Below, piece by piece: positions 48,355 through 56,439 of a stretch of DNA of 64,000 bases. This DNA is from Thermoplasmata archaeon (GTDB lineage Archaea; Thermoplasmatota; Thermoplasmata; Lutacidiplasmatales; UBA184). Positions within the stretch are counted from its first letter, which is position 1; each line of letters begins with the position of its first letter. Under the pieces are notes generated by a model. The model did no database searches, was not told the DNA's origin, and saw nothing but the letters and a program-made list of their open reading frames with translations. The translations under genes and the position numbers were made by a program. The stretch is from contig JAKIWG010000002.1 in assembly GCA_022750155.1 (NCBI GenBank), positions 20,947-84,946 of the forward strand, in the 5' to 3' direction.

Positions 48355-48828
48355 CTACCCGAGTGAGCTGACGCGTGCTGGACTACGATGACTAGAGCCG
48401 GCAGAGCCTGCCCCGGGACCTGGAACATAGGAAATGTTGAGCTTAGGGCCCAATAGGCGGATGGGCCCGGTCCCAGAGTCGGGGTGAGAATTCCACCTCG
48501 AGCCGAAGTGGATCAGTGTGAGAAGGACGGGAAGCACATCGGCCCCCTTCTCCGCCAATTGCCATCTCGTGTAGGTCCGAGTTCGCTCCGCTCGGATGAT
48601 GAAGCCGCTTCGCTCGAGCTCGGAAAGCCGCATGGCGAGTATTCGTTTGCTCATCCCGGGGGTCGTTCGAAGCAGCTGGTTGAATCGCTGTGCCCGACCG
48701 AGAGCGATGTTCATCAGAACGAGCAGGGCCCACTTCCGACCTAGTACTCCGAGGCTGGCTTGTACGGGATAGGCCGAGAACTTGAGCTCGATGAAAACAT
48801 GCTGCCGGCGGCGAGATGCTGCGACCAA
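48355..48828 (-). CDS. HxlR-family winged-helix transcriptional regulator
   Basis: GRKWALLVL...RFNQL...PGMSKRILAMRLSELERSGFI motif; the local GC content is about 55%. Confidence 0.7.
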   Translation of the reverse strand: MVAASRRRQHVFIELKFSAYPVQASLGVLGRKWALLVLMNIALGRAQRFNQLLRTTPGMSKRILAMRLSELERSGFIIRAERTRTYTRWQLAEKGADVLPVLLTLIHFGSRWNSHPDSGTGPIRLLGPKLNISYVPGPGAGSAGSSHRSPARVSSLG

Positions 48829-48903
48829 TTCCGACCTACTTCGATTCGCCTACCGACACTTATAGGCCGAGGCTGATAAGGGACTCCAACGGAAGGGGAC
48901 CCA

Positions 48904-49359
48904 ATGGTCTATCTGAAGGATGAAGGAAGCACGTTCGACGCTCCAATCGATGTCGTTTGGAAGTACGTTTTCGGAGGCGAGGGCCACGATGGCGCTCACA
49001 AGACGACGCGGAACCCCAAGTTCGAGAAAGTTTCGGAGATAACGTTCATCTACGGCTCCGAACGGCTCTTACGGGGTAAGTGGGCACCTGATCGAATGCG
49101 GATTTCCATGTTCCCCCCCGTCTCGGTGGTCACGGAATGGCTCGAGGGGGTGCTCGCGGGATCGAAGCTCGTCTACGTTTACTCCCCGCATGGGGACAAG
49201 ACTCGAATCGATGTGTACGGCGAGTTTACGTCAATGACGCTCCCGACGAGCGAGGTCGAAGCGGCTGCTCGAGACTTTCTGCAGAGCGAGTACGACGCCG
49301 ACGCTCCCGCGATCCGGGCTTTCCTGTCAAAGGAGAAGGGAACGGCCCGAAAGTCTTAG
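48904..49359 (+). CDS. SRPBCC (Bet v1/polyketide-cyclase-like) domain protein, hypothetical
   Basis: A 151-aa alpha/beta pattern, divergent from the HxlR regulator; low-GC islet. Confidence 0.45.
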   Translation: MVYLKDEGSTFDAPIDVVWKYVFGGEGHDGAHKTTRNPKFEKVSEITFIYGSERLLRGKWAPDRMRISMFPPVSVVTEWLEGVLAGSKLVYVYSPHGDKTRIDVYGEFTSMTLPTSEVEAAARDFLQSEYDADAPAIRAFLSKEKGTARKS

Positions 49360-49585
49360 CCCAGGCTTGAAGCCGGTGGCTTCCCTCAGGGCGAGTTCTT
49401 CGTGAGCCCACCGTTTCGCCGACAGGAGGGTGAATCTTTGCGGGACGATGGCATGGTCTAACCCCCCCCACAGTAGGAGAGCCGGGGCCGAAGGTCGCTG
49501 ATCGACTCCACCGGGGTCCGAATCGGCCCGAGGTGAAGTCGGATCTTCGAATGAGCTGGTGGGGCTTCGGGCGGGGAAAGGGGAA

Positions 49586-49694
49586 CGCCCGTGCTGGGAT
49601 TTGAACCCAGGTCTGAGGCTCCGCAGGCCTCTAGGATAATCCAGTGTAGCGGGGCGGGAGCGAATCCCGCACCCCGTAGCTACCCCACACGGGC
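49586..49694 (-). tRNA. tRNA-Arg (anticodon GCG) with a ~37-nt insertion (putative non-canonical intron) between the D-stem and anticodon stem
   Basis: Acceptor GCCCGTG/CACGGGC with discriminator G; T-arm CTGGG-TTCAAAT-CCCAG; anticodon arm GAGGC-CUGCGGA-GCCUC. The D-stem is GGGG/TCCT with two G-U pairs, and the D-loop region holds an extra hairpin (GTAGC...GGGG..GGG-ATTCGCT-CCC.CCCC...GCTAC). Confidence 0.6.
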
Positions 49695-49841
49695 ATCGGA
49701 GATGTTCTGTTCCGTCCCCGGCGCGCCGAGGAGGGTCCAATATAAAAGCGGGGCGAGGGATTTGGGCTCGCGGCGGAGGACTTTATACCGCGGGGGGGTC
49801 CGTCGACCTGTCCGCGCCCCTCGGGGTGCGAGCGCTAACCG

Positions 49842-51155
49842 ATGGAGGAGGGGAGCCTGTCGGACCCCTGGCCTCGGCTGAAGGGGTTGCCGATGGGCAC
49901 CACTGTCGAGCTCGCGGGCGCCGACGGGCGGACATGGCAGGGCACCCTGGTGCCCTCGCACGAGCTTTCGGGGGAGCGCATCGTACAGCTGAAGCTGGAC
50001 TCCGGATACAACGTCGGGATCCGGGTCCATCCGGCCGACCGTCTGGTCGTGCTCGAACGACCCGCTCGCGCCAACGGGGAGCCATCCGCATCCGGTGCTT
50101 CGCCGGCGCCGGAGATCTTGCCGGGTCACGTAGCGCTGCTCACTACCGGTGGGACGATTGCGTCCCGGGTGGACTACCGGACTGGCGGGGTGCGTCCGGT
50201 CCGTGAGGAGTCTGAGATCCTATCGTTCTACCCCGACCTCAGCCGCGACGGCCCCGTCCACGTCATTCCGGTGTTCGACCGCCTGAGCGAGGAGATCTCC
50301 CCACCCGATTGGGCGACCCTCGCCGCCCACGTGGCGGAGGCGTTCCGTCGGGGGGCCCACGGCGTGGTCATCGCGCACGGCACGGACACCCTGGCCTTCA
50401 CGTCGGCCGCCCTGGCCTTCCAGCTCCGCAGGCTTCCGGGGCCGGTCGTGCTGGTTGGGGCCCAGCGTTCTCCGGACCGCCCCTCTTCCGACGGGCCGGG
50501 CAATCTGCAGGCCGCGGTCCGGCTCGCGCGCCATACCACGCTGGGGGAAGTGGTCGTGCTCATGCACGCGGGGCTTTCCGACGATCGCTACGCGATTCAT
50601 CGTGGAACCCGCGTTCGCAAGATGCATTCGAGCCGTCGCGATGCGTTCCAGAGCCGCAACGGACCGCCGCTCGGATGGGTGGGGGCGGAAGGGGTCGTCC
50701 TCGACCAGCCGTACCGGTCGGCCGAGGCCGGGGAGGTCACCGTGGAGCCGCTCGAGTCCCGGGGCGGCATCCTCTGGTCGTTCCCCGGCCTCGATGCGGC
50801 GTCGGCGGCCCGTTTCGTCGAGCCCCTGCGGGGGGTCGTGCTCGCGGGAACCGGACTCGGCCACGTCAGCTCGATCCACCTCCCGTGGATCCGCGAGGCG
50901 GTGAAGCGCGGGGTCGTGGTGGCGATGACGACACAGTGTCTGGAGGGTCCTGCCGATCCGTTCGTGTATGCGACGGGCAGGGAGCTACTACGTGCGGGCG
51001 TCCTCTACCTCGACGACCTGCTTCCGGAAACGGCGTATGCGAAGATGCTCTGGGCGCTCGCGGCGTCGACCGACCCCGTCGAGGTCCGACGCCTGATGAA
51101 GCTCGACCTCGCCGGGGAGTTCTCGCCGCGGCACAGCGTGGGGGGCCCCGCGTGA
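49842..51155 (+). CDS. gatD: Glu-tRNA(Gln) amidotransferase subunit D
   Basis: Asparaginase-like TTGGTIAS threonine motif and the archaeal GatD N-terminal domain. Confidence 0.9.
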   Translation: MEEGSLSDPWPRLKGLPMGTTVELAGADGRTWQGTLVPSHELSGERIVQLKLDSGYNVGIRVHPADRLVVLERPARANGEPSASGASPAPEILPGHVALLTTGGTIASRVDYRTGGVRPVREESEILSFYPDLSRDGPVHVIPVFDRLSEEISPPDWATLAAHVAEAFRRGAHGVVIAHGTDTLAFTSAALAFQLRRLPGPVVLVGAQRSPDRPSSDGPGNLQAAVRLARHTTLGEVVVLMHAGLSDDRYAIHRGTRVRKMHSSRRDAFQSRNGPPLGWVGAEGVVLDQPYRSAEAGEVTVEPLESRGGILWSFPGLDAASAARFVEPLRGVVLAGTGLGHVSSIHLPWIREAVKRGVVVAMTTQCLEGPADPFVYATGRELLRAGVLYLDDLLPETAYAKMLWALAASTDPVEVRRLMKLDLAGEFSPRHSVGGPA

Positions 51156-53023
51156 AGGCGGGCCTCGAGGTCCACCAGCAGCTCGCGACGAACAAGCTGT
51201 TCTGCGCATGTCCGTCGGAGCTCTCCGAGTCGGTGACCGCGGTCGTCCGACGGAGGCTGAGGGCGACCGGGGGCGAGAGCCACCAGATCGACCCCGCGGC
51301 CGCGTTCCAGGCGGCCCGGGGGCTGACGTACGCCTACGAGGCGGTGACGACGAGCTGTCTCGTTGACCTCGACGAAGAGCCCCCCCACCCCCTCAACGAG
51401 GACGCGCTCAACGTCGCCCTTACGATGGCGCTCCTGCTCCACGCGCGTCCGCTCGACGAGGTCGAGGTGATGCGGAAGATCGTGGTCGACGGGTCGAACA
51501 CCGCCGGCTTCCAACGGACCGCGCTCGTCGCGGTCGATGGGTTCGTGGAGGTCGCCGGTCGCCGATACAGCACCCCGACGATCTGCCTGGAGGAGGACGC
51601 GGCCCGCAAGGTCGGGGAGGAGCAGGACGAGCTCGGGTACCGGCTCGACCGGCTGGGGATCCCCCTCATCGAGATCGCGACGGGTCCCGAAATCCGCTCG
51701 GGCGCCGAGGCCCGAGAGGTCGCCGAGGAGCTGGGAGCGCTTCTTCGGGCCACGGGCAAGGTCCGGCGGGGGATCGGAAGCATTCGCGAGGACCTCAACG
51801 TCTCGACGGAGGGCGGGGCCCGGGTCGAGATCAAGGGGGTCCAGGAACTACGATTGCTCCACCGGTACGCGGAGATCGAGGAGGAACGCCAGAAGGTGCT
51901 CCTAGGGGTGCAAGGCACCCTCCGTGATCGGAAGGTCCTGCCCCCGGAAGGGTTGCCGATGGATGTTTCGGACGCGCTTCGTCCGGTGGCGTCCGGGCCG
52001 ATGGGGGAGGCCCTCGCCCGTGACGGACGCGTGATCGCACTCGGACTGCCCGGATTCTCCGGGCTGCTGCGGTCCCCCCCCGGGTCGGGCGAGCGCCTCG
52101 GCCGGGAACTCGCGGACTCCGCACGGGCCGCGGGGCTTCGCGGGCTATTCCATTCCGACGAGGTCCCCGCCCAAGGCGTCGATGCCTCGTGCGCCTCGAC
52201 GCTGCGTGCACGGCTCGGCCTGGGACCAGAGGACGCATTCGTACTGTTCGCGGAGCGGCCGGTCGGCTCGGCCGAACGGGCCGTCGCGGCGGTCCGACGT
52301 CGTGCGCGACAGGCGATCGAGGGGATCCCCTCGGAGACGCGGGACCCGTTGCCGGACGGAAGGAGCCGGTACTCCCGCCCCCTCCCGGGTCGGGACCGGA
52401 TGTATCCGGAGACGGACGTGCCGCCGATCCCAGTGACCGCCGAGCGTCTCGATCGCCTGAGGGCCTCGCTCCCCCAGCGTCCGGAGCTCGTGCGAGCGCG
52501 GATCGTCCGGGAGACCGGGCTCGGCGGCGAGCTGGTTCGACAAATGCAGCGCTCCGGCGACCTCGAGCTGTTCGAGACGCTGGTCGGCCAGGGGCATTCC
52601 GCCGGGTCCGTGAGCCGCCTGCTTACGCAGGACCTCCCCGCGGTGCGCGAGCAGGTGCCGAGCGGCTCGGAGCGGTTCTCCGGGAGCCTGCTGGACTCGG
52701 TGCTCACCGAACTCGACCGGGGGGCGTTCTCCAAGGAAGGGCTCCCGCCGGTGCTCCTTGCGCTCTCGAGAGGCGCCGTCTCGGTGGAGGAGGCGATCCA
52801 ACGGGCGGGGCTCGCCCAGATGTCGACGACCGAGCTGCGCGAGGCGGCGAACCGACTCGTATCGGAGAACCGCGCGATGATCGACGAACGAGGGCCGGCC
52901 GCGTTCTCGCCGCTCATGGGGGACCTCATGCGCGCCGTGCGGGGCCGCCGGGACGGCAAAGAGGTCGCCGAAGCGTTGCGGGCTGCCCTCTCCGATCGTC
53001 CGGCGCCGACCGGCGGGGCGTAA
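51152..53023 (+). CDS. gatE: Glu-tRNA(Gln) amidotransferase subunit E; GTG start overlapping the gatD stop
   Basis: VKAGLEVHQQL...NKLFC.C GatE/GatB N-terminus, an insertion domain and a C-terminal YqeY-like tail. Confidence 0.9.
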   Translation: MKAGLEVHQQLATNKLFCACPSELSESVTAVVRRRLRATGGESHQIDPAAAFQAARGLTYAYEAVTTSCLVDLDEEPPHPLNEDALNVALTMALLLHARPLDEVEVMRKIVVDGSNTAGFQRTALVAVDGFVEVAGRRYSTPTICLEEDAARKVGEEQDELGYRLDRLGIPLIEIATGPEIRSGAEAREVAEELGALLRATGKVRRGIGSIREDLNVSTEGGARVEIKGVQELRLLHRYAEIEEERQKVLLGVQGTLRDRKVLPPEGLPMDVSDALRPVASGPMGEALARDGRVIALGLPGFSGLLRSPPGSGERLGRELADSARAAGLRGLFHSDEVPAQGVDASCASTLRARLGLGPEDAFVLFAERPVGSAERAVAAVRRRARQAIEGIPSETRDPLPDGRSRYSRPLPGRDRMYPETDVPPIPVTAERLDRLRASLPQRPELVRARIVRETGLGGELVRQMQRSGDLELFETLVGQGHSAGSVSRLLTQDLPAVREQVPSGSERFSGSLLDSVLTELDRGAFSKEGLPPVLLALSRGAVSVEEAIQRAGLAQMSTTELREAANRLVSENRAMIDERGPAAFSPLMGDLMRAVRGRRDGKEVAEALRAALSDRPAPTGGA

Positions 53024-53039
53024 CGGGGGGCCGCGGGCG

Positions 53040-53795
53040 GTGGTGCCACGGCGCGGCTCCGGCTCGCGTCCGATCCGGGCGGTGGTCACCGACATAGACG
53101 GCACCCTCACCGATCACGATCGACGCCTCGACACGAAGGCGGTCGAACTCCTTCGGACGCTTCACGACGCCCAGGTCCCGGTCTTCCTCGCGACCGGCAA
53201 CGTGCTTCCCATCGCCCTGGCGCTCCATCGGTCGATCGGTCTTACCGGGCCGATCGTCGCGGAGAACGGGGGGATCCTCTACGAGCGCCGGGACGGGGTC
53301 GAGCACATCGAGCGGCTCGCGAGGCGCGCGCTCGCGCTGACCCAGTTCCGTCGACTCCGCCGGCGGGGGTTCGACCTTCGGCCGTTGTTCACCGACCGAT
53401 GGCGCGAGACGGAGGTCGGGCTCGAGCCGAATGTCGAGCCCGGCGAACTCGCCCCCTTCCTCCGAGGAACCCCCGTCCGGGTGGAAGGGACGGGGTTCGC
53501 CATCCATCTCATGGAACGGGGGGCCGGGAAGTTGCCGGCGCTGCGGCGAGCGCTGCGGACCTCGGGACTGACCCTCTTCGATTGCCTCGTCGCCGGGGAC
53601 GGGGACAACGACGTGGCGATGCTCCGGGCCGCGGGCTGGGCGGTCACCTTCGCTTCGGGAAGCCCGAGGGCGAAGAAGGCGGCCGACTACGTCGCCGACG
53701 CGTCGTCCTCGCAGGGTTTCGTCGAAGCCCTTAAGGCGAGCGGGGTGGTCCCGGGCCGTGGCTCCAGTCGGAGGAGCGACGATGCTCGTCGGTAG
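53040..53795 (+). CDS. HAD-IIB phosphatase (archaeal phosphoglycolate-phosphatase-like)
   Basis: DIDGTLTD motif I, FLATGN motif II and GDGDNDVAML motif IV. Confidence 0.75.
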   Translation: MVPRRGSGSRPIRAVVTDIDGTLTDHDRRLDTKAVELLRTLHDAQVPVFLATGNVLPIALALHRSIGLTGPIVAENGGILYERRDGVEHIERLARRALALTQFRRLRRRGFDLRPLFTDRWRETEVGLEPNVEPGELAPFLRGTPVRVEGTGFAIHLMERGAGKLPALRRALRTSGLTLFDCLVAGDGDNDVAMLRAAGWAVTFASGSPRAKKAADYVADASSSQGFVEALKASGVVPGRGSSRRSDDARR

Positions 53796-53964
53796 CTGCG
53801 CACGCTGCGGCGCGCCGGCGACGCTGCGCTGCACCTTCTGCGGGCGCACGTTCTGCCACAACTGCTTGGACGCCGACGAGCGGGTCTGTCCGGAGTGTCA
53901 CGCGATGCAGAAGAAGCAGAAGGGACCGACGGGGATCCGGCTCCCCCCCTCACGCCGGGGCTGA
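53782..53964 (+). CDS. Small zinc-finger protein (4x CxxC)
   Basis: CARC..CTFC..CHNC..CPEC; it overlaps the HAD gene stop by 14 nt. Confidence 0.4.
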   Translation: MLVGSCARCGAPATLRCTFCGRTFCHNCLDADERVCPECHAMQKKQKGPTGIRLPPSRRG

Positions 53965-53991
53965 ACGCGCTCGGCGCGCCGTTCGGGCCGG

Positions 53992-54354
53992 CTAGTATTC
54001 CGCTCCGGGGAGCACGAACGGGCCCCGCGGGGCCCCGCGCGCGACGAGGAGGAGGACGACCCCGACGAACCCGGTGACCGCTCCGAAGGCGGCGGTCGCC
54101 CAGGCGTACGTCCCGAGGTGGGTGGTGATGAGCGAGGGGCCGACGGTCCATCCACCGGACGGGGCCGTCGCGTGGAGCGCGAGATTGAGCGACAGGGCGA
54201 GGCCCCAACCGAGGACGATGAGCACCCCCCCGGCGATGAACAGGCCGATCCGGTCGTCTCCGCCCGGATCCTCGGAAGGAACGGCGGGCGTCTCCTGCAG
54301 GTCCGTCACGGGCGTCGATGGGACGATCCCATCGTAATATCCGTTGCCCCGCAC
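53992..54354 (-). CDS. Hypothetical small membrane protein
   Basis: Three hydrophobic helices. Confidence 0.4.
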   Translation of the reverse strand: MRGNGYYDGIVPSTPVTDLQETPAVPSEDPGGDDRIGLFIAGGVLIVLGWGLALSLNLALHATAPSGGWTVGPSLITTHLGTYAWATAAFGAVTGFVGVVLLLVARGAPRGPFVLPGAEY

Positions 54355-54422
54355 CCCGACCGGTCACCGCGCGGTGCGTCGTGACGCTGGGGGCCTCCCG
54401 GAGCTCGGCGACGACCGTTCGC

Positions 54423-54719
54423 CTAGGCGAATCCGGGGACCGACTTGGAATCCTTGCTGCCCATCTTGACCGGGGCACGCCGAAGTTCCTTCGGGCACTC
54501 CACCAGCCGGACGAGCGGCGCGGACTGGACGATGTAGGCCGGGAGGCCGGTGTTCGGGTCGTGGCCGGCGCGCAGGATGTTCATGATCTCGAGCTTGACC
54601 TCGATGATCGAGCCGTCCTTCAGCTTCAGGCGGACTTTCGCATCGCCCTCGATCGCCGTATAGTCGACGATCTCGGCGTTCGATAGGTCCGGTTGGGGAC
54701 CCCCCTGTCCTCCGATCAT
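54423..54719 (-). CDS. Hypothetical 98-aa protein in the position normally held by rpl1
   Basis: An ATGA overlap with the rpl11 stop implies cotranscription. I do not recognise a family. Confidence 0.5.
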   Translation of the reverse strand: MIGGQGGPQPDLSNAEIVDYTAIEGDAKVRLKLKDGSIIEVKLEIMNILRAGHDPNTGLPAYIVQSAPLVRLVECPKELRRAPVKMGSKDSKSVPGFA

Positions 54720-55177
54720 GAGTTCCTCGCCGCGACCCGCGCCTTCAGCAGGAGCCTCGGGTCCTGGCCGTCGACGGTCAATCCCATCGAGGTGCAGGTG
54801 CCGATGACCTGGTTGACCTTCTCCTCGACGCTGCGGCCGAACAGGTCCGCGCCCTTCGCGTCGGCGATCCGGCGGACCGCCTCGAGCGATACGTCGCCCA
54901 GGACCTCGCCTTTCGGCTTCCCGGATCCCTTCTCCTTCCCGGCTTCCTTCAGGAGCAGGGCGGCGACGGGGGGTCGGCCGACCTCGAGCGTGAAGGCGCG
55001 GGTGTTCGCATCGACCTTGATCAGCACGGGGACCCGCATCCCCTCGAACTGCTTGGTCTGTTCGTTGATCTTCTGGACGACCTGTGCGACGTTCACGCCG
55101 AGCGGCCCGAGGGCCGCTCCGAGCGTCGCGCCCGCGGCCGCCTTTCCTCCCTCGACCAGCACACTGACTTCAGGCAT
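54716..55177 (-). CDS. rpl11: 50S ribosomal protein L11 (uL11)
   Basis: ...GKAAAGATLGAALGPLGVNV...PVLI.V...R.F.... uL11 N-terminal domain and linker. Confidence 0.9.
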   Translation of the reverse strand: MPEVSVLVEGGKAAAGATLGAALGPLGVNVAQVVQKINEQTKQFEGMRVPVLIKVDANTRAFTLEVGRPPVAALLLKEAGKEKGSGKPKGEVLGDVSLEAVRRIADAKGADLFGRSVEEKVNQVIGTCTSMGLTVDGQDPRLLLKARVAARNS

Positions 55178-56165
55178 TCTTGCCTCCTCCTCCCTTCTCC
55201 AGCATGCGGACGTGGTCTCCCCGCACCGTGACGGGGATCGGCACGACCGCTTCGATGAGCTCGACGGTGATCTCCTCCTTGGCCTGGTCGATCTTCCGGA
55301 CCCGGGCCTTCTCGCCCTTGAACGGCCCGGCGATGAGCTCGACGATCGCCCCTTCGACGAACCCTTCGACCGTGATCTTCGGGACGAGCAGGGGCTCGAC
55401 CTCCTTCAACGTGGTCTCCCCGGCGACGAGTCCGCGGGCCTTGCGGATCCCCTTGAGCATCTCGTGGACGCCCTCGAAGCTCATCCCCTCGGCGAAGACG
55501 TACCCGCGCAGCGCGGCCGGCACCAGCAGGGCGAAGACGACGTCCGGCTTCTCCTCGGCCCGGGCGAGGAGCGTGTCGGCGACCTCGCGCTCGTAGCCTC
55601 GGGAGGTCTTGATGGCCAGGACGGCCTGGCGGGCGACGCACGACAGGATCGATTTCGCCGGGCGGCTCCCGTCCTCCCACTGCGCGGAGAGGCGGATCTC
55701 GACCTTGTCGCCATATCGGACCCCCACCGGGGCCGTGATCTCGAAGGAGAACGGGACCGGGACTCCGGGTTGGAGGGTCACCGTCGATTGCTGCTTCGCC
55801 CCCACGATCTCCTGGAAGCTCCGCTTGCCGGGGGGGAGCCAGGAGACCGGCCACTCGGCGCCCTCGCCCGGATAGGTCGACGTGTAGGCGATCTCGACCT
55901 GAACCGTCGCGGCCCCCGCGTTGGGATGCGCGCTCGAAAGGACCACGGAGAGGGTGGTGATCGTGCCGGCGGTGACGGGGCGCATCGCGTCGTCGGCGAC
56001 CTTGAAGGAGAGCAGTCCGGGCAGCTCCGCCTTCGGCGGGGTCGGGGGAGCGGCCGTCACGGCGGTGCCGGGGGTGGCGGCCGCCGGCCCCTTTGCGGGG
56101 GCGACGGCGGCGGGGCTCTCCCCGCTCAACAGACCGATGCCCTCCTCCGGAGGATTTGCCCGCAT
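55170..56165 (-). CDS. spt5: Transcription elongation factor Spt5/NusG (NGN plus KOW) carrying an apparent ~180-aa N-terminal extension
   Basis: The C-terminal 150 aa are canonical: NGN (AVLAIKTSRGYEREVADTLLAR...GYVFAEG..FEGVHEMLKGIRKARGLV) and KOW (VELIAGPFKGEKARVRKIDQAKEEITVEL). The ORF stays open to an ATG 21 nt after secE. There is no canonical start codon immediately upstream of the NGN domain. Confidence 0.7.
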   Translation of the reverse strand: MRANPPEEGIGLLSGESPAAVAPAKGPAAATPGTAVTAAPPTPPKAELPGLLSFKVADDAMRPVTAGTITTLSVVLSSAHPNAGAATVQVEIAYTSTYPGEGAEWPVSWLPPGKRSFQEIVGAKQQSTVTLQPGVPVPFSFEITAPVGVRYGDKVEIRLSAQWEDGSRPAKSILSCVARQAVLAIKTSRGYEREVADTLLARAEEKPDVVFALLVPAALRGYVFAEGMSFEGVHEMLKGIRKARGLVAGETTLKEVEPLLVPKITVEGFVEGAIVELIAGPFKGEKARVRKIDQAKEEITVELIEAVVPIPVTVRGDHVRMLEKGGGGKNA

Positions 56166-56186
56166 GGATGACCGTCCCGCCGATCC

Positions 56187-56432
56187 CTACAGGCCCTGGA
56201 AGTAGTTCGTCCAGAGCCAGGGGCCGGCCTGAGAGAAGAAGATGTAGATCATGAACCCGACGGAGCCGATGATCACGGCGCCGAGCGCGGTGACCTCGAG
56301 GACCTTGACGTACTCGTCGACGGCGGGCTTGCGCGCCATCCGCAGGATGCGCCCGTACTTCCCGTGCCCGACGTTGCGTAGCCGCCCGTCGAACTGGTCC
56401 TGTACTTGCCGTGCGCGGTCGAGGAATGCCAT
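56187..56432 (-). CDS. secE: Preprotein translocase subunit SecE (Sec61 gamma)
   Basis: LRMARKP..DEY motif followed by a single TM helix; conserved position between ftsZ and spt5. Confidence 0.8.
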   Translation of the reverse strand: MAFLDRARQVQDQFDGRLRNVGHGKYGRILRMARKPAVDEYVKVLEVTALGAVIIGSVGFMIYIFFSQAGPWLWTNYFQGL

Positions 56433-56439
56433 GGTGCAC

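Noticed and set aside
51334-53049. 571-aa minus ORF and 50309..53023 extended plus ORF around gatE
   Set aside because: Antisense or alternate-frame junk. gatE begins at the GTG at 51152, overlapping the gatD stop, and the extended 904-aa frame's N-terminus is the +1 frame of gatD.
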